A stretch of DNA of 63,880 bases, filler included, from a bacterium (GCA_040757115.1; 5 parts of 5 records of this genome joined end to end with filler, not necessarily neighbours in it), one strand, 5' to 3'. Shown: positions 42,016-52,784, counted from the whole stretch's first letter. The notes: generated by a model not told the origin, from the letters alone. Program-made: numbers and translations.

Positions 42016-42510
42016 ATGAAGATAACCGGTAAAGTATTTAAGAAATTCAGGGCTGATGTTAATACCGATGAGATTATTCCTGCTGTTTATCTTGATACAA
42101 CATCGCCACAAGAATTGGCTAAACACTGCATGGAAGGAATTGATAAGGGGTTTGTCAGTAGTGTAGAAAAAGGGGATATTATTGTTGCGGATAAAAACTT
42201 TGGTTGTGGCTCATCAAGAGAACATGCACCGATTGCCATTAAAGCAAGTGGTGTGGCGTGTGTAATTGCTAAATCCTTTGCCCGAATATTCTACCGCAAT
42301 GCCATCAATATTGGCTTGCCAATCTTTGAATGTGACCAGATAGACAAAATTAAACAAGGTGATGTATTAGAAATAGACCCGAAAAGCGGTAAGATAAAGA
42401 ATTTGTCCCGCCAGGAAGAATATCCCACTACCTCTTTCCCGGAATTTATGCAATACCTCATTGATTGCGGCGGGCTAATGGAATATGTAAAAAAGAAACT
42501 GAAAAAGTGA
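42016..42510 (+). CDS. leuD: 3-isopropylmalate dehydratase small subunit
   Basis: [28 protein letters not shown]. Confidence 0.95.
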   Translation: MKITGKVFKKFRADVNTDEIIPAVYLDTTSPQELAKHCMEGIDKGFVSSVEKGDIIVADKNFGCGSSREHAPIAIKASGVACVIAKSFARIFYRNAINIGLPIFECDQIDKIKQGDVLEIDPKSGKIKNLSRQEEYPTTSFPEFMQYLIDCGGLMEYVKKKLKK

Positions 42511-42570
42511 AAAGGGAAATTGAGTTCTTACCATTTTGAAAAAGGTGAGTTTTTGGAAGTTTGTATCAGC

Positions 42571-42793
42571 GTAACTGTTCACCGCAGAGACGCAGAAAAA
42601 AAATTAAAATCTATTCACCCGAGACAGAAATTCCCTTTTTTTTGTGCATTTTGGGTCTTTCGTTGTTTATTAATCTTTTAATACGGACTTTCGACTAACT
42701 GTTTTTAAGCCTTTTTAAACACCGAAAAACGCAAAAGATATTTTCCTCTCTGTTCCTCTGCGTCTCTGCGGTAAATTACCAGCTGAACAGTTC
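42571..42793. mobile_element. Family C element
   Basis: GTAACTGTTCAC...CTGAACAGTTC; perfect TSD GTATCAGC; core shared with 36088. Confidence 0.88.
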
Positions 42794-42802
42794 GTATCAG
42801 CG

Positions 42803-43744
42803 ATGGAGGAAAGAGCGTTGAAAATATTAGTGACAGGGGGGGCAGGATTTATTGGCTCAAACCTTGTGGATAGATTAATTGATGATGGACACAAAGTCAT
42901 TATCATCGATAACTTATTCACAGGTAAAGAAAAAAATATTAACCCGGCGGCAAAATTCTATAAGTTAGATATTCAAGACCCAGAGATTGAACAGATATTC
43001 AAAGACGAACAAATAGATATTGTTAACCACCATGCGGCACAGATAGATGTGCAGAAATCAGTCGATGACCCTATATTTGATGCCAGGGTGAATGTGCTTG
43101 GAAGTATAAATCTTCTTCAGTTATCTACAAAATATAATATTAAAAAATTTATCTTTGCCTCCTCTGGCGGCACGGTCTATGGCGAACAAAGTCTTTATCC
43201 TGCACCAGAAACGCATCCCCTCCTACCAATTTCACCTTACGGAATAAATAAACTCATCATTGAATATTACCTCTATTATTATTGGGCAGTACATAATCTT
43301 AATTATATCATCTTACGGTATGCAAACATTTATGGACCAGGGCAAGACCCCTGGGGTGAGGCGGGAGTAGTCGCAATTTTTATAAATAAAATATTACTCC
43401 ACCAACAACCGATAATAAATGGTGATGGCAAACAAACAAGGGATTATACTTATGTTGATGATGTCGTTGAGGCAAATATTTTAGCTATGAACTCACAAAC
43501 AACAGGGATATTTAACATAGGTTGTGGATTGGAAACCTCGGTTAATGAACTGTTCCAGATGATAGTCGAAGTAATGAAGGCTAATGTCGAAGAAGTTCAT
43601 GCCCCACCCAAAAAAGGGGAAACACCCCGTAGTTGCATTGATGGAACAAAGGCAAAATCAATACTTGGCTGGCAACCAAAAGTTAGGCTTGAAGAGGGTA
43701 TTAAAAAAACAGTGGAATATTTCAAATGCTCTTTCTCAAATTAG
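42803..43744 (+). CDS. UDP-glucose 4-epimerase-like extended SDR
   Basis: GGAGFIGS, HAAQ.DV..SV.DP, YGINK, GEAGVVAIF. Confidence 0.88.
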   Translation: MEERALKILVTGGAGFIGSNLVDRLIDDGHKVIIIDNLFTGKEKNINPAAKFYKLDIQDPEIEQIFKDEQIDIVNHHAAQIDVQKSVDDPIFDARVNVLGSINLLQLSTKYNIKKFIFASSGGTVYGEQSLYPAPETHPLLPISPYGINKLIIEYYLYYYWAVHNLNYIILRYANIYGPGQDPWGEAGVVAIFINKILLHQQPIINGDGKQTRDYTYVDDVVEANILAMNSQTTGIFNIGCGLETSVNELFQMIVEVMKANVEEVHAPPKKGETPRSCIDGTKAKSILGWQPKVRLEEGIKKTVEYFKCSFSN

Positions 43745-43813
43745 AGAGAGGTGAAGTATTGGACTGATGGGATAAGGAAATGTTAGTTTTTAATTTATCC
43801 CCTTTTCTTTCTA

Positions 43814-44512
43814 TCACTCCAACACTCCCCATTCTTCCATTATCTTTTCTGCGATGTAAAAGTCTAATGGAGTATCAATATCAATTGAATAAATAGACTC
43901 CATAATGATGGCGCGAACATCTTGCTCTTGATAAGATTTACCACTTAATATTACCTCTGTTTTACTGACAACTACCGCACCATTTAGCCTGTAAATAACA
44001 GGTAAATCCTGCCTTCTTAATGAACTATTGGTCTTGATGAACGGAGATACTTTATCCCCCTCTAATTTACACATCCAGTACGGATGAATCTCTGACTCGG
44101 TAATGGTAATAACTGAATCTGCATTTGTCTCCAGAATTTTCTCAATTGCCGCATCAATATATTTTACCGGGCGTAATGGCGAGGTTGGCTGTAACAAAAC
44201 GACAAAATCCGAGATATATCCTTCGGACTCAAGATACCTCAAGGCATGTTGAATTACAGGTAAGGTCGGTGCGGTATCGGTGGCTAATTCTGCTGGTCTT
44301 AAGAATGGCACCTCAGCCCCGTATTCTTTAGAAATCTTTGCAATCTGGTCATCATCTGTTGAGACAATTATTCTGTCTAAGTATTTTGATTTCAATGCCT
44401 CTTCAATGGTGTAGGCAATCAAAGGAATGCCTTGAAATGGTTTTATATTTTTCAAAGGGATATTTTTAGACCCCCCTCTGGCAGGAATAAGTCCGACGAA
44501 CTTCTTGTCCAT
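43814..44512 (-). CDS. neuA: Acylneuraminate (nonulosonate) cytidylyltransferase
   Basis: IPARGGSK.IP.KN, VSTD, LQPTSPLR, RRQDL, DID...DF. Confidence 0.88.
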   Translation of the reverse strand: MDKKFVGLIPARGGSKNIPLKNIKPFQGIPLIAYTIEEALKSKYLDRIIVSTDDDQIAKISKEYGAEVPFLRPAELATDTAPTLPVIQHALRYLESEGYISDFVVLLQPTSPLRPVKYIDAAIEKILETNADSVITITESEIHPYWMCKLEGDKVSPFIKTNSSLRRQDLPVIYRLNGAVVVSKTEVILSGKSYQEQDVRAIIMESIYSIDIDTPLDFYIAEKIMEEWGVLE

Positions 44513-44518
44513 AAAATC

Positions 44519-44591
44519 ATTATAACATCAACATTTTTGCAAGTCAAGAAAATATTTTTTAGTTGACAGAAGGTTATCAATATGATATGAT
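44519..44591. promoter_or_regulatory. Back-to-back sigma70-type promoters
   Basis: Minus: TTGACT-17-TATAAT, 6 nt before the neuA ATG; plus: TTGACA(44563)-17-TATGAT. Confidence 0.65.
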
Positions 44592-44614
44592 GATTTTAGC
44601 AGAGGTAAATAAAA

Positions 44615-45637
44615 ATGGAAAATGAGGTATTATTAACTCAAGGGGAGGAAGAAATTAATCCCCTAACACACATTAATATAGGGGTTTCATTGGCTAAGGA
44701 AGAGGCCTATGATGAAGCAGAAAAAGAATTTAGAAGGGCTATCCGAATAAATCCAGAGCTGGTCATTGCCCACTATAATTACGGAATTATTCTGGGAAAA
44801 ATGAATAGACTTATTGAGGCTGAAAATACCTATAAAAAGGCGATAGAATTAGCCCCTAAACTCGGGTTAGCTCAAAATAACCTGGGCATTATATTAATCA
44901 AACTGGGAAAATATGCGGAGGCAGAAAATGAATTTGGGGATGCAATCAAAAAATTACCCCAGTCATCACCCTCTTTAGCTATAGCACATCTTAATCTTGG
45001 TAAATTATTAGCCGACCTCAAACGGTATCATGAGGCAGAATTTGAATATCTTGAGGCTAAAAGGCTAAACCCAAATTTAAAAGAGGCATATATCAATCTG
45101 GGGAATTTATATCTGGAATTAGAATCTTATGAAAAGGCTAAAAAAGAATATAAACAGGCATTGGAGATTGATTTTCAAATGTCAAATGTCCATAACAATC
45201 TTGGCATTACCCTCGTTAAATTAAAAATGATTGATGAGGCAAAAGCAAAATTTGAGCAAGCGATTAACTTAGACCACGCCTACGCCCGCGCTTATCATAA
45301 CCTTAAAGAATTAGAAAAAGTAGCCGAGATTTTAAAACCTAAAACTACCCCCTGGACAACATATCTTGTTATTGGAATTACCGCGGTTGTTCTTTTAGAG
45401 ATTTTTATCTTATTTGTCTTCAATAAAATATCTGGAGTAGGATTTATGTCAACTATTCCTTTATTAGCGATGTTAGTCTTCTTTATCCTCTTTTCAGAGG
45501 CTAAACGGAAAGAAATCACACTCCCTGAATTAGACCTTGAGATTGACCCCAAAAACCAGATAATTGAAACTGAATTGCTAACGAGTGATTTTGCCCCGGA
45601 GGCTTTAATAAACAACCACGCAAATACAAAGGAATGA
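44615..45637 (+). CDS. TPR-repeat protein with two C-terminal TM helices
   Basis: Repeated AH.NLG..L/A...A..L.P units; hydrophobic segments near the C-terminus. Confidence 0.85.
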   Translation: MENEVLLTQGEEEINPLTHINIGVSLAKEEAYDEAEKEFRRAIRINPELVIAHYNYGIILGKMNRLIEAENTYKKAIELAPKLGLAQNNLGIILIKLGKYAEAENEFGDAIKKLPQSSPSLAIAHLNLGKLLADLKRYHEAEFEYLEAKRLNPNLKEAYINLGNLYLELESYEKAKKEYKQALEIDFQMSNVHNNLGITLVKLKMIDEAKAKFEQAINLDHAYARAYHNLKELEKVAEILKPKTTPWTTYLVIGITAVVLLEIFILFVFNKISGVGFMSTIPLLAMLVFFILFSEAKRKEITLPELDLEIDPKNQIIETELLTSDFAPEALINNHANTKE

Positions 45638-46059
45638 ATATATTAATTATCGATGGATATAATATTATTAATCAATGGGCTGATTTAAAAAAGGAATTAA
45701 AAAGAAGTGGACTTGAATACACAAGAAATAAGTTGATTGAAATCCTCGCCGAATATCAAACCTTTACGGGTGATAGAGTAATTGTTGTTTTTGATGGATA
45801 CAAGACGGATAAGAGATTAATAACTAAGAGTAGCCAGTTTGGAGTAGAGGTTATCTTTTCTAAACGAAAGCAAACCGCTGATTCCTTAATTGAAAGATTG
45901 GTTTATAACGAGCGGGGCGAAGATAAAACTATTTTCGTTGCCAGTCGAGATACAGCACTTGAGCGGATGATTTTTGGGATGGATTGCTTTACCATCTCTC
46001 CACAAAAATTAGAGGAAAGAATTAATGCAGTAAAATTAGAGATAAAAGGCTATTTCTGA
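45634..46059 (+). CDS. NYN-domain YacP/Rae1-like ribonuclease
   Basis: IIDGYNII, VVFDG, TADSLIERL, VASRD. Confidence 0.88.
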   Translation: MNILIIDGYNIINQWADLKKELKRSGLEYTRNKLIEILAEYQTFTGDRVIVVFDGYKTDKRLITKSSQFGVEVIFSKRKQTADSLIERLVYNERGEDKTIFVASRDTALERMIFGMDCFTISPQKLEERINAVKLEIKGYF

Positions 46060-46070
46060 GTGTGAATTTT

Positions 46071-46428
46071 CGGTGGTGTCTGAAAATAACTCTAATAGTG
46101 AAATCTATGCAGATTTGGTGTCCAAAAGGGATTTCCTCCAAAGAGCAAAATGCAAAAAGCAAATATAAAAATTACATATCAAAATGTAAAATTATCTCTT
46201 TCCTTTCAGCGTTAAAATACTTGAAGCAAAGATATTACCAAATTCCTCCAACTCTTTGAGAAACCCTGCTATTTCCTTTTTGAAATTTGATTTGTAATTT
46301 TGCATTTTGATATTTATATTTGATATTTAATATTTGATATTTAATATTTATTTGTTGTCTCCCTCAAATCCTATTTTGCAGAACCCTATACACTATTTTA
46401 ACCTTTATGCTAGATTAAGACACCACCC
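46071..46428. mobile_element. GGTGGTGTCT-ended element containing an inverted partial family E copy (to 46388)
   Basis: GGTGGTGTCT...AGACACCACC; 46280-46388 is the reverse complement of ~23422-23530. Confidence 0.65.
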
Positions 46429-46440
46429 TAAACACGTCCG

Positions 46441-47415
46441 TTAGCCCACTAATCTTTTTGTTACCTCTTCTACCACCTTTTTTTCTACATCAGATAATGA
46501 GCCTTCAATGACACAACCAGCCGCCCGCATGTGTCCACCACCACTAAAAATCTTAGCAATTTCACTTACACTAAAAGCACTCTTTGACCGCAAATTTACC
46601 TTAATCCTATCATGTCCTAAATCTCTAAAGAGTAAAATTACTTCTACTCCTTTGATTGACCTGAGTTGGTCTATTATTCGTTCTGGTTCGATTTCACTGG
46701 CTGGGTCTGTTTCCTTAAGCATTTTTTGTGTAATGTGAGCTATAATTATTTTCCCATCCAGGTTTGTTTTTAAACTATCTAATATCTTACCTAATAACTT
46801 AACAGAACTGGCGGTGTTCGCCTCATATATTTGAGAGGCAACTTCATTAGGGTCAATTCCACAGTTTAACAATTCCGCAACTATTTTATGTGAAGTAGGC
46901 GTAGTATTTACCTGTTTAAAGCTACCCGTATCAGTCATAATGCCCACATACAAAGGTAGGGCTAAATTATAATCTAATTTAAAATCCATTGCTTTAATGA
47001 CCTGATAGATTTGTTCAGCACAAGCACTGGCGGTTGTATTAATATAATTATAATCACCTATGCCCGGGGAATCTGGATGATGGTCGATATTGATAATAAG
47101 CGGGACCTGTTTAATTAGACCCACAACCTTACCTACCCGCTCAAATTGATTGCAATCTAAAACTATTCCCACATCAAATTTATATCTCTCATACTCTGGG
47201 GTGTAAATAAGAATCTTGTCACATTCTGGCAGGAAATGATAATTTTCCGGTGGTGGGTCTTCGTTAATAATCGTTACCTTCTTGCCTAATTTTTGAAGCA
47301 GGATGGCTGTGGCTAATTGGCTTCCAATCGAATCTCCTTCTGGACGGATATGAGCAGTAATAAGGAAATTATCCTCTTTTTGCAAGACATTCACAATGGA
47401 AGAGAGTATCTCCAT
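46441..47415 (-). CDS. nrnA: DHH/DHHA1 oligoribonuclease/pAp phosphatase
   Basis: H..PEGDSIGS, NIDHH, TDTGSF, GGGH..AAG. Confidence 0.92.
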   Translation of the reverse strand: MEILSSIVNVLQKEDNFLITAHIRPEGDSIGSQLATAILLQKLGKKVTIINEDPPPENYHFLPECDKILIYTPEYERYKFDVGIVLDCNQFERVGKVVGLIKQVPLIINIDHHPDSPGIGDYNYINTTASACAEQIYQVIKAMDFKLDYNLALPLYVGIMTDTGSFKQVNTTPTSHKIVAELLNCGIDPNEVASQIYEANTASSVKLLGKILDSLKTNLDGKIIIAHITQKMLKETDPASEIEPERIIDQLRSIKGVEVILLFRDLGHDRIKVNLRSKSAFSVSEIAKIFSGGGHMRAAGCVIEGSLSDVEKKVVEEVTKRLVG

Positions 47416-47422
47416 TTTACCT

Positions 47423-47770
47423 TTATCCTTTCTCTTTTAGTTCTTGTAGTAACTCATTGATGTGCATTCCATATTCAATCGAGGTATCAATTTTAAAGAT
47501 AATCTCCGGGATAAATTTAATCCTCATCCGTTTTCGTAATTCATTATGAATAAATCTACGGGCATTTGTTAATCCTTCTAATGTGTTCCTTTTCGACTCA
47601 TCATCACCATAGATACTCACAAATACCTTTGCTACCTGAAGGTCTTTTGATACTTCAACATCAGTGATTGTTACAAATCCAATGCGTGGGTCTTTTATTT
47701 TCCTAGTAATTATATCACTAATTTCTTCTTTAATTAAAGCCCCAACTTTTGCTGTTCGAAAACTTTCCAT
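47423..47770 (-). CDS. rbfA: Ribosome-binding factor A
   Basis: KDPR..FVTITDV.VS.DL..AKV, PEI.F..D.S. Confidence 0.95.
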   Translation of the reverse strand: MESFRTAKVGALIKEEISDIITRKIKDPRIGFVTITDVEVSKDLQVAKVFVSIYGDDESKRNTLEGLTNARRFIHNELRKRMRIKFIPEIIFKIDTSIEYGMHINELLQELKEKG

Positions 47771-47780
47771 GTGTATTTCC

Positions 47781-48065
47781 CTATAGAATCTCTATCTCAT
47801 AATCAATAATATATCCTTCAATCAGGTTCTTTTCAATTAAATTAACCACATTAGACAGAGTTTCATTCGCATGACGAGAATCCGTATTGACACACACTAT
47901 CCCTAATGTTGCCTTTTGCCACAAATCCAATGAATCTATCTCCGCAATAGACACATTAAATCTATTTTTTACCCGGTCGATAAGTCCTTTCAAGACATAC
48001 CGTTTATATTTTAAGGATTGGCTATTTGGAATATGTATGGTGATTTTACAACTGCCAATAATCAT
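47781..48065 (-). CDS. DUF503 (YlxP) protein
   Basis: SLK.KR..L...FNVSIAE...D.WQ; infB-DUF503-rbfA synteny. Confidence 0.88.
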   Translation of the reverse strand: MIIGSCKITIHIPNSQSLKYKRYVLKGLIDRVKNRFNVSIAEIDSLDLWQKATLGIVCVNTDSRHANETLSNVVNLIEKNLIEGYIIDYEIEIL

Positions 48066-48102
48066 AATAATAAAAAAAGTGAAGAGTAAAATTCTTCACT
48101 TC

Positions 48103-50010
48103 TCATAGTTTTTGTATAATTTTTTCCTGAGTGAAGACCTCAATAGTATCTCCCACCTGGACATCAGCCATCTTTTCTAATCCAATACCACACTCAACCC
48201 CAGCCACAACCTCACTTACATCATCTTTAAATCTTCGTAAAGAGATTATATTCGTTTCGAGAATAGGTTTTCCATTTCTAAGGACACGGGCATTTTTATT
48301 CTTAACTATTTTCCCTTCCTTGACATAACAGCCGCAGGCTGAGCCAATTTTAGAGGCTTTGAATATCTCTTTTATCTCGGCTACACCTAAAAGTATCTCT
48401 TTATACTTGGGTTCCAGAAGTCCTTCTAATGCCTTTTTGACTTCGTTGATGACATCGTAGATAATATTATAAGAGCGCAAATCTACGCCCTGTTTTTGAG
48501 CCAGATTTTTTATTTCTCCTCTTAGAGGCAGGTGGAAGCTAATAATGATTGCGTTTGAAGCCGCGGCTAACATCACATCAGATTCATTTACTTCGCCTAT
48601 ACTGGCATGTATTATTCTGGTTTTGACCTCTTTACTCTTTATTTTTTCAAATGAATGTCTTAACGCTTCAACAGACCCGGCAACATCTGCCTTGATAACG
48701 AGATTTAGTTCCTTAAGTTTTCCTTCTTTTATTTGAGAATAGAGTTCATCTAATGTAATTCGATGAGGCATTAGTTTTTTTTCTTCCTCTTGTAACTTCA
48801 GGCATATTTGCTTTGCCTTTTTTTCATCTTCAACTACACGGAAGGGGTCACCGGCACAACATATTTTAGAAAATCCAAGAACTTCAACTGGTGTTGATGG
48901 TCCTGCTGAGTTAATTTTTTCACCTTTATCGTTAAACATTGCCCTCACTCGTCCATAAGAGGTGCCAGAAACAAAGGCATCACCCTTTTTTAATGTTCCT
49001 TTTTGCACCAAAACAGTTGCCACAGGACCTCTGCCTTTATCCAGTCTTGATTCAATTATTGTTCCTTGTGCCTCTCGATTTGGATTAGCCTTCAATTCTA
49101 ACATTTCTGATTCTAAAAGTAACATTTCTAACAAATGGTCAAGTCCTATTTTTTGTTTTGCCGAGATTTCAGTAAAGATAGTTTTGCCACCCCATTTCTC
49201 CGCGACAAGCCCATAATCACCAAGTTGTTTATACACTCTTTCTATATTCACACCTGGCAGATCGATTTTGTTAATAGCAATTACTATTGGCACATTTGCC
49301 GCTTTAGCATGGTCTATTGCTTCAATAGTTTGAGGCATAAGACCATCATCAGCCGCGACGACTAATACGACCACATCTGTAACTTGAGCCCCTCTGGCTC
49401 GCATCGATGTAAACGCTTCATGACCCGGGGTATCTAAAAATACTACATTACCCCCATTTACATTTACTTTATAGGCACCAATATGTTGTGTAATGCCACC
49501 AGCCTCCTTTGCCGCCACATCTGTTTGACGAATAGCATCTAAAAGTTTAGTCTTACCATGGTCTACATGTCCCATAATCGTTACTACGGGTGCACGATGT
49601 TGTAATAATGATTCATCCTCACGCTCCTGGGCTATCTCTTCTTTTTGAGTCGCAATCTCAATATCGAGATGATAAATTAAATTACACTGGGCTATTATTT
49701 CTGGTGTTACTTGCTGATTAATTGGTGCCTTTATCCCCTTTGCAAATAGTGATTTTATTAATTCTGCAGATTTTATACCTATGGCTTTAGATAAATCACT
49801 TACCCGGGATGAAGAAGGAAGTATAATTTTTGTTTTTCCCTTTTTCACCGATTTAGCAAAAAGTTCCATTACCTTTTGTGCAGCTTCTGTATCAAGGCTA
49901 CTTAAGGCACTTTTAATTGCTATCCCCAGTTCCTTCAATTCACGAACCAGGGCTTTATTATCCATATTTAATTTGTGAGCAATCTCATAAACACGCATTC
50001 TTTTCACCAT
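48103..50010 (-). CDS. infB: Translation initiation factor IF-2
   Basis: MGHVDHGKT, EAGGITQHIGA, DTPGHEAF; start moved to MVKRMRV (upstream part of the ORF is element-derived). Confidence 0.97.
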   Translation of the reverse strand: MVKRMRVYEIAHKLNMDNKALVRELKELGIAIKSALSSLDTEAAQKVMELFAKSVKKGKTKIILPSSSRVSDLSKAIGIKSAELIKSLFAKGIKAPINQQVTPEIIAQCNLIYHLDIEIATQKEEIAQEREDESLLQHRAPVVTIMGHVDHGKTKLLDAIRQTDVAAKEAGGITQHIGAYKVNVNGGNVVFLDTPGHEAFTSMRARGAQVTDVVVLVVAADDGLMPQTIEAIDHAKAANVPIVIAINKIDLPGVNIERVYKQLGDYGLVAEKWGGKTIFTEISAKQKIGLDHLLEMLLLESEMLELKANPNREAQGTIIESRLDKGRGPVATVLVQKGTLKKGDAFVSGTSYGRVRAMFNDKGEKINSAGPSTPVEVLGFSKICCAGDPFRVVEDEKKAKQICLKLQEEEKKLMPHRITLDELYSQIKEGKLKELNLVIKADVAGSVEALRHSFEKIKSKEVKTRIIHASIGEVNESDVMLAAASNAIIISFHLPLRGEIKNLAQKQGVDLRSYNIIYDVINEVKKALEGLLEPKYKEILLGVAEIKEIFKASKIGSACGCYVKEGKIVKNKNARVLRNGKPILETNIISLRRFKDDVSEVVAGVECGIGLEKMADVQVGDTIEVFTQEKIIQKL

Positions 50011-50028
50011 ACTTCCTATTGAAAATAT

Positions 50029-50265
50029 GTAACCGTTCAGGTTATACATTAGAAGTGTAAGAATGGAGATAAGGGGATTGGGGAGATGTGGAGATTATAA
50101 ATTTCCTGGATAATTGAGCAAAATGGTTATGGAAAAAGACTAACTTTTATAACCCCTAAACCAAACGAGCCTCCAACCCTAATCCTTTCACCAAAAACTC
50201 CTAAATATATCCCCTTATCTCCTTTATCTCCATATCTCCTTTTCTTACACTACCTGAACGGTTAC
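50029..50265. mobile_element. Family A' element between nusA and infB
   Basis: Perfect 14-bp TIR; perfect TSD GAAAATAT. Confidence 0.92.
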
Positions 50266-50310
50266 GAAAATATTTGCCACAAAGGGGCAAAGACACAAAA
50301 AAATCCACAA

Positions 50311-51588
50311 TCAATTCATTCCCTTAACTATTTCCAGTATCTTCTGTGCCTTAACTTTGCCAAGATTAGGGACAGCAGTTAATTGTTCTATTGTTGCTCT
50401 GGCAATATCTTCTATTGTGTTAAATCCAGATTCTTTCAGTTTCTCCTCTAACTTCGGGCCAACGCCGGGTAAATCTCTGATATTGCTAATTTTCTTTTCT
50501 TCCTTTTTAAACAACTCTTCTTTTGCTTTTTGGCGTAGTTCTCCTTCTCTTTCTTTATCTATCTGGGATTGACTTTTAATATCAATCTTCCAGCCTGTCA
50601 ATTTAGCGGCTAATCTGACATTCTGACCCTCTTTTCCAATAGCTAAAGAGAGTTGTTCATCCGGAACAATGGCTATAGAAATCTTTGTTTTCTCGTCGAT
50701 AATCACTTCATTAACTTTAGCTGGAGAGAGTGAATTTTTAATAAATATTGCCGGGTCTTGAGAATGTCCAACTACATCTATCTTTTCGCCTTTTAACTCT
50801 TTAATGACTGCCTGAACACGCATTCCTTTCATTCCAACACAAGAACCAACCGCATCCACTTTAGAATCTGTTGACGCAACGGCAATTTTACTTCGATATC
50901 CGGGGTCTCTGGCGACTGAGACTACATTTATAATATGTTCATATATCTCTGGAACTTCCATTTCAAATAGCTTTTTTACTAAATCCGGATATGTTCGAGA
51001 CAGAATAACCTGTGGCCCTTTATTGCCCATTTTTGTCTCAAGGATATAGCATTTTATTCGGTCGCCTACTCTATATCTTTCTTTTGGTAACTGTTCTCTT
51101 GGTGGTAGAATGGCTTCTATTTTGCCCAATTGAACAAAAACATTATATCTTTTTTCGGCGCGTTGAACTATACCGGTAACTACTTCACCTACCCGTGCCT
51201 TGAACTCTTCATAAAGCAAGCCTCTTTCCGCTTCTTTGATTCTTTGTGTAATCACCTGTTTAGCCGCTTGAGCGGCTATTCTTCCAAAACCATCAGGTAA
51301 AGATTCTTCCGCTATTTTATCACCAATATTAGCCTCTGGATTTATTTTTTTTGCCGCTAACAAAGAGATTTGAGTAAATGGGTTTTTGACCGCCTCAACC
51401 ACTTCCTTTTTGGTGATGATATAAAATCCTTTTTTATTATCAAATTCAATCTCTATGTTCGTGCTTATGCCAAAGTTTTTTTTATAAGCGGATAGCAGAG
51501 CATCTTTCATCGCCTGAATTAATACTTCTTTCTTAATCCCTTTATCTCTTTCAAGTTGGACCAATGCCTCCTGTAATTCAGCTTTCAC
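50311..51588 (-). CDS. nusA: Transcription factor NusA with C-terminal HhH
   Basis: FGRIAAQAAKQVI.Q, ARDPG.RSKIAV, SLAIGKEGQNVRLA. Confidence 0.97.
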   Translation of the reverse strand: MKAELQEALVQLERDKGIKKEVLIQAMKDALLSAYKKNFGISTNIEIEFDNKKGFYIITKKEVVEAVKNPFTQISLLAAKKINPEANIGDKIAEESLPDGFGRIAAQAAKQVITQRIKEAERGLLYEEFKARVGEVVTGIVQRAEKRYNVFVQLGKIEAILPPREQLPKERYRVGDRIKCYILETKMGNKGPQVILSRTYPDLVKKLFEMEVPEIYEHIINVVSVARDPGYRSKIAVASTDSKVDAVGSCVGMKGMRVQAVIKELKGEKIDVVGHSQDPAIFIKNSLSPAKVNEVIIDEKTKISIAIVPDEQLSLAIGKEGQNVRLAAKLTGWKIDIKSQSQIDKEREGELRQKAKEELFKKEEKKISNIRDLPGVGPKLEEKLKESGFNTIEDIARATIEQLTAVPNLGKVKAQKILEIVKGMN

Positions 51589-51655
51589 TTAAAATTCCTC
51601 CTTTTCTCTGGTGTAATTGGTAACTGACAAATGGGAATTAGTTACTAATTACCCG

Positions 51656-52105
51656 TTACCACACAAGATTTGCCTTTGCAATTTCTGGATACGGTATTTT
51701 AAAAATCTCATTATCTACTGCAATGATAACTTTCTCATCCTCAAAACCAAGTAATTTCCCTTTAAAATTCCTTCTCCCTTGATATTTTGCCAATGTCGTT
51801 ATTTTACATTGATTATCCTTAAATCGAATGAAATCCGTTTTTTTGACTAAAGGTCTATTAAGACCTGGGGAAGAAACCTCTAAATGATAGCGATGAGAGA
51901 TAATTTCAGTATGGTCTAATGCCCTACTTATCATTTTGCTTACCATCACGCAATCATCTAAAGTTACTCCTCCTTCTTTATCAATAAATATCGTTAATTT
52001 CCCACCACTTTTAATCCGATAATATTCTATTAATACCAATTCTATCTTTAATGAGTCTAATATTGGTTGAATAAGTGTTTCCACTTCACTAATAATCTTA
52101 TTCAT
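51656..52105 (-). CDS. rimP: Ribosome maturation factor RimP
   Basis: IDKEGGVTLDDC, Y.LEVSSPGL.RPL. Confidence 0.95.
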   Translation of the reverse strand: MNKIISEVETLIQPILDSLKIELVLIEYYRIKSGGKLTIFIDKEGGVTLDDCVMVSKMISRALDHTEIISHRYHLEVSSPGLNRPLVKKTDFIRFKDNQCKITTLAKYQGRRNFKGKLLGFEDEKVIIAVDNEIFKIPYPEIAKANLVW

Positions 52106-52126
52106 TTGTTTTAAATGTCCTGTTAT

Positions 52127-52160
52127 AAAAAAAGTGGGTTATTCTCTACCCACTCTTTTT
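52127..52160 (-). terminator. rimP leader hairpin/attenuator
   Basis: AGTGGGT-agagaata-ACCCACT followed by a T run just upstream of rimP, typical of the conserved rimP leader. Confidence 0.7.
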
Positions 52161-52296
52161 CCAAAAACTCGCTTATTTTTACTATATCATATAATAGGCT
52201 AAAATGTCAAGTGTTTTTTTTGAGGGTGTTGAAATTTATACCCAAACAAAATGGTTTCGCTTTCTCTTCGTATTCTAAATCCAAAGCACGAAAAAG

Positions 52297-52479
52297 GTTT
52301 CAATCCTTGTTTTAATGGAAGTTGGGTTGTTACGATGGAAACGAGATTACGAGGAAACCCCAGCAGCTCCGTTTCAATCCTTGTTTTAATGGAAGTTGGT
52401 CGCTAACTTATCATCGCAATGCTGTATTTCTGGTATATTCTTGTTTCAATCCTTGTTTTAATGGAAGTTGGTCGCTAAC
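52297..52479 (-). CRISPR. Orphan mini CRISPR array: 3 x 37-bp repeats, 2 spacers (37 and 35 bp)
   Basis: Repeat (minus) GTTAGCGACCAACTTCCATTAAAACAAGGATTGAAAC with canonical ATTGAAAC end; degenerate copy at 52297; no cas genes in window. Confidence 0.88.
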
Positions 52480-52749
52480 GGCTATTTGCTACATAGCATA
52501 ACATCGTGCACCCTATTTTAATACAAATTTATAGCAGGACATCGTGCACTCTCACCCCATGGGGTGAGCGAAATTCTAATCCTCAAAAATAGCAGGACAT
52601 CGTGCACCTNNNNNNNNNNNNNNNNNNNNNNNNNNNNNNNNNNNNNNNNNNNNTTAATTAATTAANNNNNNNNNNNNNNNNNNNNNNNNNNNNNNNNNNN
52701 NNNNNNNNNCAGTTTAATGGCACTTCAGTAACAAAAATTCAAATATAAC

Positions 52750-52778
52750 TTGACAGCAGATAAAATGTTTAGTATAAT
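52750..52778 (+). promoter_or_regulatory. Sigma70-type promoter for the porV-like operon
   Basis: TTGACA-17 bp-TATAAT. Confidence 0.75.
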
Positions 52779-52784
52779 AAAATT

